This document shows positions 25,491 to 32,000 of a DNA stretch of 32,000 nucleotides, one piece after another. The stretch comes from Pseudomonas aeruginosa. Its GTDB lineage: Bacteria > Pseudomonadota > Gammaproteobacteria > Pseudomonadales > Pseudomonadaceae. Location: contig NZ_LN831024.1 of assembly GCF_001457615.1 (NCBI RefSeq), forward strand, positions 6,180,001 through 6,212,000. The letters are read 5' to 3'. The first letter of the stretch is position 1; every line of letters begins with the position of its first letter. The translations under genes and the position numbers were made by a program. A model generated the notes under the pieces. That model ran no database searches. It was not told the origin of the DNA and saw only the letters and a program-made list of their open reading frames with translations.

Positions 25491-25524
25491 GGCGGATAAC
25501 GCTCTGCGTTATTCGCCCTACAGG
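25491..25524. repeat. REP-like palindromic element / bidirectional terminator between convergent genes
   Basis: GGCGGATAACGC (25491-25502) - tct - GCGTTATTCGCC (25506-25517) forms a 12-bp stem with one G-U pair. It is followed by CTACAGG, which resembles Pseudomonas/enterobacterial REP tails. Confidence 0.5.
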
Positions 25525-25543
25525 TGCCACCTCCGGTCTTCGC

Positions 25544-25963
25544 TCACGGGTCGTCCGCTCCGGCGATGAACTCCTCGTCCTCTTCGGGCAACTGCGGGTC
25601 GAGGTGTAGCCATGGCAGGCGGCTGCCGACCCAGATGTGCCGGTTGGCGGGGGCGCGCTCGGGATGGTCGAGGCTGGCCACGGTGAAGTCCAGGGTATCG
25701 GCGCTGAGCCGGGTGAACAACGCCAGGTTGGCCCCGCAACGCGGGCAGAAGTAGCGCGTGCAGCTGGCCGACGAGGCATATTCCGCCGGTTCGCCCGCCA
25801 GCCAGCGGAACGCCGCGCGCGGCACCGTGGCCCAGGTGGTGACGATGCCGCCTGTGGTGCGCCGGCAGATCGAGCAGTGGCAGTGAGCGACATCGTCCAG
25901 CGGCGCGGCGACGGCGTAGCGCAGATAGCCGCAATGGCAACCGCCGGTATGGGTCTCGGGCAT
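25544..25963 (-). CDS. GFA / CENP-V family zinc-binding protein (139 aa)
   Basis: I use the ATG at 25963 (strong SD GAGGAGGA). MPETHTGGCHCGYLRY...CHCSICRR...YFCPRCG shows the cysteine pattern of glutathione-dependent formaldehyde-activating-enzyme-like proteins. Confidence 0.85.
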   Translation of the reverse strand: MPETHTGGCHCGYLRYAVAAPLDDVAHCHCSICRRTTGGIVTTWATVPRAAFRWLAGEPAEYASSASCTRYFCPRCGANLALFTRLSADTLDFTVASLDHPERAPANRHIWVGSRLPWLHLDPQLPEEDEEFIAGADDP

Positions 25964-26030
25964 GGCGAATCCTCCTCGCGGGAGTGCCAGCATAAGCCGG
26001 ACTTGCCCTGTGCCGCAGCCACCTCGCAAG

Positions 26031-26975
26031 ATGAGCGGATTCCACTATCCGGGGGTGCCCGTGACCGCTCTGCTCTACTCCCTCTGGCCGCTGTTCGCCC
26101 TCATCGTCGGCGGTTACGCCCTGCGCCGCTGGGACTTTCCCGGCGAAGCCTTCTGGCCTGCCGCAGAACGCCTGAACTACTTCATCCTGTTTCCCGCGCT
26201 GCTGTTCAGCAACCTGGCGACCGCGCCGCTGGACGACCCCGGCCTGGCCCGCCAGGCCCTGGCCGTACTGCTCGGGCTCGGCGTCGCCTGGCTCGCCCTG
26301 CTGCTCTGCAAGCGCTGGCGCGGCTGGGACGCCGGGCGCTTCGGCGCCATCGCCCAGGGCGTATTGCGCTTCAACACCTATCTCGGCCTGGCCGCGGTCG
26401 GCAGCCTGTACGGCAAGCCGGGCCTGACCCTGGCCGCGCTGATGCTGGCGCTGATGGTGCCGACGGTGAACGTGATGTCGGTCTGGGCGCTGACCGCCGA
26501 GCGCGGCATCAGCCTGCGCGCGCTGCTGCTGCCGATCCTGAAGAACCCGCTGATCCTCGCCTGCCTCGCCGGCGCACTGGTCAACCTGGCCGGCGTCGGC
26601 CTGCCCGGCGGCAGCGATCGCCTGCTCAACCTGCTGGCGGTGGCCAGCCTGCCGCTGGGCCTGCTGTGCGTCGGCGCGGCGCTGAAACCCCAGGAACTCG
26701 GCGGCGAAGTCGCGGCCCTTGGCTGGAACTGCGCGGCGCGGCTGCTGGCGATGCCCCTGCTGGCCTTCGCCATCGCTCGCGGGCTGGGCCTGCCGAGCAT
26801 GGAAAGCGCCGTGCTGGTACTGTTCTTCGCCCTGCCGACGGCGCCCACCGCCTATGTGCTGACCCGCCAACTGGGCGGCGACGGCCACCTGATGGCGGGC
26901 ATCATTACCTTGCAAACGCTGCTTTCCGGCGCCACTCTGGTCGGCGTACTCCTCGTGCTGCAAGGAAGCCCATGA
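26031..26975 (+). CDS. AEC (auxin efflux carrier / Mem_trans) family transporter
   Basis: About 10 TM helices. Pattern LFALIVGGYALRR...NYFILFPALLF...ILKNPLILA...LFFALPTAPTAYVL is typical of the AEC family. The start is uncertain: ATG 26031, or GTG 26061 preceded by GGGGG. The track ORF begins at 25962. Confidence 0.8.
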   Translation: MSGFHYPGVPVTALLYSLWPLFALIVGGYALRRWDFPGEAFWPAAERLNYFILFPALLFSNLATAPLDDPGLARQALAVLLGLGVAWLALLLCKRWRGWDAGRFGAIAQGVLRFNTYLGLAAVGSLYGKPGLTLAALMLALMVPTVNVMSVWALTAERGISLRALLLPILKNPLILACLAGALVNLAGVGLPGGSDRLLNLLAVASLPLGLLCVGAALKPQELGGEVAALGWNCAARLLAMPLLAFAIARGLGLPSMESAVLVLFFALPTAPTAYVLTRQLGGDGHLMAGIITLQTLLSGATLVGVLLVLQGSP

Positions 26976-27334
26976 CGACAGGACGCGTCGCCGCCGCCCT
27001 CACGGCGCTCTGCCTGCTCTGCCAACCGGCCTTCGGTTTCATCAAGGTGTTTCCCGAATTCGACGACGAACCCGGCGCCGCCACCTTCTTCTGGGCGGCC
27101 GTCACCACCGTCGGCCCGTTCATCGGCAGCACCGTCAGCGCACAGGAGTCCAGCGCTGACGAGGGCGACAAGCTCGTCCAGGCGCGGGACGACGCCGCCA
27201 GCTTCGTCGCCAGCGACGGTGCGATCCGTGGCGCGTACCTCCAGGCAGCCTTGCAGGTCCTGCGCCAAGCCCCGGAATACGCCGGGTACAGCGACCTGCA
27301 ACTGGCCGCGGCGCTCCTCGCGCGGCAGCCCTGA
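26972..27334 (+). CDS. DUF2388-type secreted mini-protein, copy 4 (120 aa)
   Basis: The ATG at 26972 overlaps the AEC transporter stop (ATGA, 26972-26975). Signal peptide MTTGRVAAALTALCLLCQPAFG/FI. Core QARDDAASFVASDGAIRGAYLQAALQVLR. Confidence 0.8.
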   Translation: MTTGRVAAALTALCLLCQPAFGFIKVFPEFDDEPGAATFFWAAVTTVGPFIGSTVSAQESSADEGDKLVQARDDAASFVASDGAIRGAYLQAALQVLRQAPEYAGYSDLQLAAALLARQP

Positions 27335-27613
27335 TCGACCATATATCCGAAATTACCCGCACGTTTCCCGCCGTTATCCAGCGAAAGCTGCCTGAAAGCT
27401 TCCCGCCGTAGCATCCGCCCACCACCGGCAGAAGACCGGACACGACGGCGCGCCCACGAGACGCCCGCTTACCCGTACAAAAACAACAATGGTGATTGCC
27501 ATGCCCCGTTCCGCACACGCCTACAGCCGCACTCCGTCCGCGCGACGCCACCCGCCCGCCGCCTGCTGACCGCACGCCGCACGCCCGTCCGCCGTCTTCC
27601 CCGGAGTGAACCC

Positions 27614-28918
27614 ATGCTGACCCTGCTCGCCTTCGCCATGGTGGCGACCTTCATGTTCCTGATCATGACCAAGCGCCTGTCCGCGCTGATCGCGCTGATC
27701 CTGGTCCCGATCGCCTTCGCCCTGATCGGCGGTTTCGCCGCCGGCCTCGGCCCGATGATGCTCGACGGCATCCGCACCCTGGCGCCGACCGGCGTGATGC
27801 TGATGTTCGCGATCCTCTACTTCGCCATCATGATCGACTCCGGGCTGTTCGACCCGGCGGTGCGCAAGATCCTCCGGCTGGTCAAGGGCGACCCGCTGAA
27901 GGTCTCGCTGGGCACCGCGGCGCTGGCGATGATCGTCTCCCTCGACGGCGACGGCTCGACCACCTACATGATCTGCGTGGCCGCCGTACTGCCGTTGTAC
28001 AGCCGCCTGGGCATGAGCCCGCTGGTGATGGCCTGCCTGATCATGCTCTCCAGCGGCGTGCTCAACATGACCCCCTGGGGTGGCCCCACCGCCCGCGCGG
28101 CGAGTGCCCTGCACGTCGACCCGGCGGATATCTTCGTGCCGATGATCCCGGCGATGATCGCCGGGCTGCTGGCGATCTTCGCCATCGCCTGGATCTACGG
28201 CAAGCGCGAGCGCGCCCGCCTCGGCGAGCTGCACCTGCCCACCGACCATGAGGACCTGGCGGAGATCAGCGTGTCGCAGTATCCGGAGGCGCGCCGGCCC
28301 AAGCTGCTGTGGTTCAACGCTATTCTCACCGTGGTCCTGATGGCGACCCTGATCGCCGGCCTGCTGCCGATGCCGGTGCTGTTCATGATCGCCTTCGGCA
28401 TCGCCATGATCGTCAACTACCCGTGCATCCAGGAGCAGAAGAAGCGCATCGGCGCACACGCCGAGAACATTCTCGCAGTGGTCTCGCTGATCTTCGCCGC
28501 CGGGGTGTTCACCGGCATCCTCTCCGGCACCGGGATGGTCGACGCCATGTCCAAGAGCCTGCTGGCGGTGATCCCGCCGGCGCTGGGCCCATACCTGGCG
28601 ACCATCACCGCGCTGGTGAGCATGCCGTTCACCTTCTTCATGTCCAACGACGCCTTCTACTACGGCGTCCTGCCGATCCTCACCCAGGCCGCCGCCGAAT
28701 ACGGCATCACCCCGGTGGAAATGGCCCGCGCCTCGATCGTCGGCCAGCCGGTGCACCTGCTCAGCCCGCTGGTGCCCTCCACCTACCTGCTGGTGGGGCT
28801 GGCCAAGATCGACTTCGGCGACCACCAGCGCTTCACCCTGAAATGGGCCGTGCTGGTGTGCCTGGCAATCCTCGCCATGGCCCTGCTGCTGGGCCTGTTC
28901 CCCCTGTTCAGTAACTGA
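27614..28918 (+). CDS. CitMHS-family citrate(-metal):H+ symporter
   Basis: 434 aa. GGAG lies 7 nt upstream. Polytopic membrane protein, MLTLLAFAMVATFMFLIMTKRLSALIALILVPIAFALIGGF..., characteristic of CitM/CitH transporters. Confidence 0.88.
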   Translation: MLTLLAFAMVATFMFLIMTKRLSALIALILVPIAFALIGGFAAGLGPMMLDGIRTLAPTGVMLMFAILYFAIMIDSGLFDPAVRKILRLVKGDPLKVSLGTAALAMIVSLDGDGSTTYMICVAAVLPLYSRLGMSPLVMACLIMLSSGVLNMTPWGGPTARAASALHVDPADIFVPMIPAMIAGLLAIFAIAWIYGKRERARLGELHLPTDHEDLAEISVSQYPEARRPKLLWFNAILTVVLMATLIAGLLPMPVLFMIAFGIAMIVNYPCIQEQKKRIGAHAENILAVVSLIFAAGVFTGILSGTGMVDAMSKSLLAVIPPALGPYLATITALVSMPFTFFMSNDAFYYGVLPILTQAAAEYGITPVEMARASIVGQPVHLLSPLVPSTYLLVGLAKIDFGDHQRFTLKWAVLVCLAILAMALLLGLFPLFSN

Positions 28919-28938
28919 CCGAGACGAGTGACCGCTTC

Positions 28939-29703
28939 ATGGAATGGCTGACCAGCCCGGAAATCTGGATTGCGTTCTTCACCCTGACCGCCCTGGAGAT
29001 CGTCCTCGGCATCGACAACATCATCATGATCTCGATCCTGGTCGGGCGCATGCCGAAGCACCTGCAGCCACGCACCCGCTTCTTCGGCCTGGCCCTGGCG
29101 ATGGTGACGCGGATCCTGCTGTTGCTGTCGATCACCTGGGTCATGCGCCTGACCGCCGACCTCTTCCACCTGTTCGGCCAGGGCATCTCCGGACGCGACC
29201 TGATCCTGTTCTTCGGCGGCCTGTTCCTGCTCTGGAAAAGCAGCTCGGAGATCTACCAGGGCCTGGAAGGCGAGGAAGAAAGCGGCGATGAACCGAAGGG
29301 GTCGGCGGGCGGCTTCATCGGCACCATCATCCAGATCGCGATCATCGACATCGTCTTTTCCCTGGACTCGGTGATCACCGCCGTCGGCATGGTCTCCCAC
29401 GTGCCGGTGATGGTCGCGGCGATCATCGTCGCGGTACTGGTGATGATGCTCTGCGCCGGCGCCATCAGCGACTTCATCGACAAGCACCCGTCGCTGAAGA
29501 TGCTCGCCCTGTCGTTCCTCATCGTGGTCGGCACGGTGCTGATCGCCGAAGCCTTCGAAGTCCATGTGCCGAAGGGCTACGTCTACTTCGCCATGGCCTT
29601 CTCCCTGGCCGTGGAGGCGCTGAACATCCGCATGCGCGGCGCTGCCGCGCGCAAGCGGGGCGAAGAGCCAGTGAAGCTGCGCAAGGAAGTGCTCGGCGAC
29701 TGA
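28939..29703 (+). CDS. TerC-family integral membrane protein
   Basis: 254 aa. The N-terminal IWIAFFTLTALEIVLGIDNIIMISIL and later IIDIVFSLDSVITAVG repeats are the paired TerC motifs. Confidence 0.88.
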   Translation: MEWLTSPEIWIAFFTLTALEIVLGIDNIIMISILVGRMPKHLQPRTRFFGLALAMVTRILLLLSITWVMRLTADLFHLFGQGISGRDLILFFGGLFLLWKSSSEIYQGLEGEEESGDEPKGSAGGFIGTIIQIAIIDIVFSLDSVITAVGMVSHVPVMVAAIIVAVLVMMLCAGAISDFIDKHPSLKMLALSFLIVVGTVLIAEAFEVHVPKGYVYFAMAFSLAVEALNIRMRGAAARKRGEEPVKLRKEVLGD

Positions 29704-29708
29704 GCCGC

Positions 29709-30323
29709 TCAGGCCGGCTCGAAACGCTCGCCGCGGAATACCCGGCGAGCCGCGCCGCGACTGATCCGACCGTGGGCCCGGCGGCGCTCCGCGCGCAGCG
29801 CGTCGGCCGCGCTGCTCGCCTGGTCCGCGAGGCGCCGGGCGATCAGCAGGATCGCCAGGCGTTTGTTGGCGTGCTGGCTACGCTGGCTCTGCACCCTGAC
29901 GCTGATGCCGCTGGCCAGGTGGGTGGCGCGCACCGCCGAGTCGCTGGTGTTGACATGCTGGCCGCCGGGGCCGGAAGAGCGCAGGGTCTCGAAACGGATC
30001 TCGCCCTCCAGACTGGCCGGCGGCGCGGCGAAGCGCTCCGCGCCGATGAACCAGTTCTTGCGCGCATGCCTTGCCCGGTAGGGGCTGGGGCAGATCCACT
30101 GGATACCGCCGCACCAGCGCTCGGCGAGCGCTTCGGCGGCAGTGCCGCGCAGCCCCAGGAGCAGCGAACGCCAGGTGCGCGGACGCTCGCCGGCCACCTC
30201 CTCGATTACCTCGACCTCGACGCCGGCTTGCGCCGCCTCGAGGCACAGCCGCTCGAACGCCTTCGCCACCGCCAGGCAGCATTCCGCCGGCCCCTGGGCC
30301 GCGGAGAGTTGCAGCAGGATCAT
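29709..30323 (-). CDS. prfH: Peptide chain release factor homolog PrfH (204 aa, GGQ motif)
   Basis: I use the ATG at 30323 ([16 protein letters not shown]...), which overlaps the upstream stop (ATGA). The sequence contains [27 protein letters not shown] (the GGQ peptidyl-tRNA hydrolase motif) and lacks a full RF codon-recognition domain. The track ORF (284 aa) is over-extended into the upstream gene. Confidence 0.88.
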   Translation of the reverse strand: MILLQLSAAQGPAECCLAVAKAFERLCLEAAQAGVEVEVIEEVAGERPRTWRSLLLGLRGTAAEALAERWCGGIQWICPSPYRARHARKNWFIGAERFAAPPASLEGEIRFETLRSSGPGGQHVNTSDSAVRATHLASGISVRVQSQRSQHANKRLAILLIARRLADQASSAADALRAERRRAHGRISRGAARRVFRGERFEPA

Positions 30324-31459
30324 CGGCAGCACTCCCCACGGGTCTTGTAGGTCAGCACCGGCTTCAGGCGGGCGACCAGGCGCAGCAGGCCGGCTTCGAG
30401 CAGCGCGCCGACCACCGAGTCGATACCCTTGTAGGCTTCCGGCGCTTCCTCGTAGATCAGTTGGCGGTCGCCACAGATCACCCTGCTGCCAAGGCGCGTA
30501 CGGCCCAACTGGTCGACGCTGAAGCGCGCCGCCAGACGCTCCCGACACTCGCCGCGCTGCCATTTGCGACCGGCGCCGTGGGCCAGGGAGAACAGGCTCT
30601 GCGCGCTCGGCACAGGCTCCACCAGGTAGCTGTAGTCGCCGCGCGAGCCGGGGATCACCAGCACGCCCTGGTCGGCCGGGGTGGCGCCCTTGCGGTGCAG
30701 CCAGCCGTCGACGCCATCGACCTGTGCCGGCGCCACCAGGTTGTGGTTGATGTCGAGCAGTTCCAGGCCGTCGCAGCGCAAGCGTTCGAGAATGCGCCGG
30801 GCGATGAGCTGGCGGTTACCCTCGGCGAAGCGCAGCGCATCGGCGTGGCGCGCCAGGTAGGCGGAAGCTTCCAGGCTGCCGTCGAGCAGGCCGGCGTGGC
30901 CATGCAGGCTGACCTGCTCTTGCAGGATCGCCTGGCCGAGACCGCGCGAGCCACTGTGCACCAGCAGTTGCAGGCGGCCGGCATCGAGGCCGAGGGCGTG
31001 CAGGGCGGCCTGGTCGAACACGGTCTCGACCTGCTGTAGCTCGGCGAAGTGGTTGCCGCCACCGATCGTGCCGAGCGCGCGCCAGTGCTCGCGGGCCGGT
31101 AGATCCAGGGCTTCGATGCAGTCGCTCCAGGTCTCGTCCAGCGGCAGGTCGAGATTGCCCAGGCGCTTTTCCAGTTTGTCCGCCGACAGCTTGCCGGGGG
31201 CCAGGCCGGTTTCCCACAGGGCCATGCCACAGCCGATGTCGTTGCCGACCAGCGCCGGATAGAAGCGACCGACGGAGAAGAACGCCGCGCCGACCGGATA
31301 GCCGCGGCCGGGATGCAGGTCCGGGAGACCGACGACGCGGCACATGCCGTCCAGTTCGGCGGTGGTTTGCAGTTGCTGGATCGCCTTGCCTTCGATCCAG
31401 GTGCTGTCCGAGGCGATCAGTGCGACGCCCGCGGACAAAGGCTTGATGTAGTTGCCCAT
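30320..31459 (-). CDS. armZ: RtcB-family RNA ligase homolog; recalled from memory as ArmZ (PA5471), anti-repressor of MexZ
   Basis: The start ATG at 31459 (MGNYIKPLS...) gives 379 aa. Other in-frame ATGs lie at 31471 and 31519. RtcB motifs present: [51 protein letters not shown]. The identity with armZ comes from memory of the locus (leader peptide, prfH-like gene downstream). Confidence 0.88.
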   Translation of the reverse strand: MGNYIKPLSAGVALIASDSTWIEGKAIQQLQTTAELDGMCRVVGLPDLHPGRGYPVGAAFFSVGRFYPALVGNDIGCGMALWETGLAPGKLSADKLEKRLGNLDLPLDETWSDCIEALDLPAREHWRALGTIGGGNHFAELQQVETVFDQAALHALGLDAGRLQLLVHSGSRGLGQAILQEQVSLHGHAGLLDGSLEASAYLARHADALRFAEGNRQLIARRILERLRCDGLELLDINHNLVAPAQVDGVDGWLHRKGATPADQGVLVIPGSRGDYSYLVEPVPSAQSLFSLAHGAGRKWQRGECRERLAARFSVDQLGRTRLGSRVICGDRQLIYEEAPEAYKGIDSVVGALLEAGLLRLVARLKPVLTYKTRGECCR

Positions 31460-31671
31460 AATCCAATCCATGTGATTGAAACGGTAGATCCGGGGGGCAG
31501 ACCGAAGCCGAGCGGGCACTCGCGGAAGGGCGAAGGGCGTCTAACGGAGAAGTGAAAACCTGGGGAGCGGTGACCGCGGCAGCCGATGACCTCTCGCCGG
31601 AAGCTTGCGCGGACGCAAGGGCGGGAATCGTTCAGCGGTGCAGGGGGTCGAGCGGTAGGTTTCGGTGGCCG

Positions 31672-31713
31672 TTAGGCCAGGCGCAGCCTGCAAAGGGTAG
31701 AGAACTGAATCAT
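31672..31713 (-). CDS. 13-codon leader peptide ORF (MIQFSTLCRLRLA) upstream of armZ
   Basis: On the reverse strand: AAAGGAGGT - 7 nt - ATG ATT CAG TTC TCT ACC CTT TGC AGG CTG CGC CTG GCC TAA. This is a strong SD in an otherwise non-coding leader. It is consistent with the published 13-aa leader peptide that couples ribosome stalling to armZ induction (recalled, not verified). Confidence 0.75.
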   Translation of the reverse strand: MIQFSTLCRLRLA

Positions 31714-31760
31714 CGATGTAACCTCCTTTGCGGTGCGTAAGTGGGGGAAATGAAGGGCGA

Positions 31761-31789
31761 ATCCTAGGCGTTTCATTCCCACCGCGCAA
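31761..31789 (-). promoter_or_regulatory. Putative sigma70 promoter of the leader-armZ-prfH operon (TTGCGC-N17-TAGGAT)
   Basis: On the reverse strand, TTGCGC (31789..31784), a 17-nt spacer, then TAGGAT (31766..31761), about 50 nt upstream of the leader peptide ATG. Confidence 0.3.
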
Positions 31790-31826
31790 GCCCCGGAAAG
31801 GCTTCGCGATGGAAATGAGCGGCGCA

Positions 31827-32000
31827 TCACTGCGCCGAAAGAGCCTGCACGGCGCCGGGCACCTCGCTGTTCCAGCGCTGGTAGAGCGCCCGCAGCTCGC
31901 CGGACGCCGCCATCTGCCGTACCCGCGCGTCGTAGACCTCGCGCAGGAGCCGGCCGCTGGCGCTGTCGGCGAAGGTCATGAAGGACTCCTTGCCGGGCGG
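31827..32000 (-). CDS. 3' end (57 codons) of a gene continuing beyond the right edge; possibly a periplasmic solute-binding-type protein
   Basis: The reverse-strand frame is open from 32000 to the TGA at 31829..31827. It encodes ...FADSASGRLLREVYDARVRQMAASGELRALYQRWNSEVPGAVQALSAQ* with GC3-rich codons. The G-x-L-x-x-L-Y-x-(R/K)-W tail resembles family-3 substrate-binding proteins, but that assignment is weak. Confidence 0.5.
   Translation of the reverse strand, partial: PPGKESFMTFADSASGRLLREVYDARVRQMAASGELRALYQRWNSEVPGAVQALSAQ

Noticed and set aside
29700-29712. Palindrome CTGAGCcGCTCAG containing the stop codons of the convergent TerC-family gene and prfH
   Set aside because: A 1-nt loop cannot form a hairpin. 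The symmetry follows simply from two facing TGA stops 5 nt apart. I found no convincing terminator structure.
31541-31789. 82-aa minus-strand ORF (MRGGNETPRIRPSF...) covering the armZ leader
   Set aside because: It has no SD and atypical composition. It overlaps, out of frame, the 13-codon leader ORF, which does have a strong SD. The region is better explained as a structured non-coding leader.

Overview
This is a high-GC, Pseudomonas-type chromosomal window. From memory (no search was possible), its gene content and order match the Pseudomonas aeruginosa PAO1-like region around PA5442-PA5472.

Gene content, left to right:
- the 5' 559 codons of a membrane PAS-PAS-GGDEF signalling gene (minus strand, runs off the left edge)
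- uvrD
- a small EamA/DMT membrane protein
- an acetyl-CoA hydrolase/CoA-transferase family gene
- a DUF1127 mini-protein
- the complete common polysaccharide antigen locus (CPA, A-band D-rhamnan). It consists of the tightly coupled 8-gene operon rmd-gmd-wbpW-wzm-wzt-wbpX-wbpY-wbpZ on the minus strand and a divergent 5-gene plus-strand operon: two paralogous glycosyltransferases, a methyltransferase, an acyltransferase-3 protein and a paralogous methyltransferase.
- a second DUF1127 paralog
- three tandem DUF2388-type secreted mini-proteins, the last translationally coupled to a 652-aa secreted protein with an HExxH zincin-like module and a DUF4105-like module
- a REP-like palindrome
- a GFA/CENP-V-type zinc protein (minus strand)
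- an AEC-family transporter translationally coupled to a fourth DUF2388 protein
- a CitMHS citrate transporter
- a TerC-family protein
- on the minus strand, the operon leader peptide - armZ (an RtcB-family protein) - prfH, followed by the 3' end of one more gene

I saw no rRNA, tRNA, CRISPR, IS, integrase or prophage signatures. Most long ORFs in the six-frame track are antisense or out-of-frame shadows typical of GC-rich DNA.

Most of the window is well-known core genome. The parts I consider most worth a second look are:
1. the uncharacterised DUF2388 x3 + HExxH/DUF4105 secreted-protein cluster and its fourth, transporter-coupled copy
2. the two DUF1127 paralogs that bracket the CPA locus and share a GGAACAGTT/AACTGTTCC repeat architecture and ribosome-binding context
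3. the armZ-prfH pair, in which ArmZ keeps every RtcB catalytic motif

All family assignments rest on motif recognition by eye and on memory. They need HMM/BLAST confirmation.
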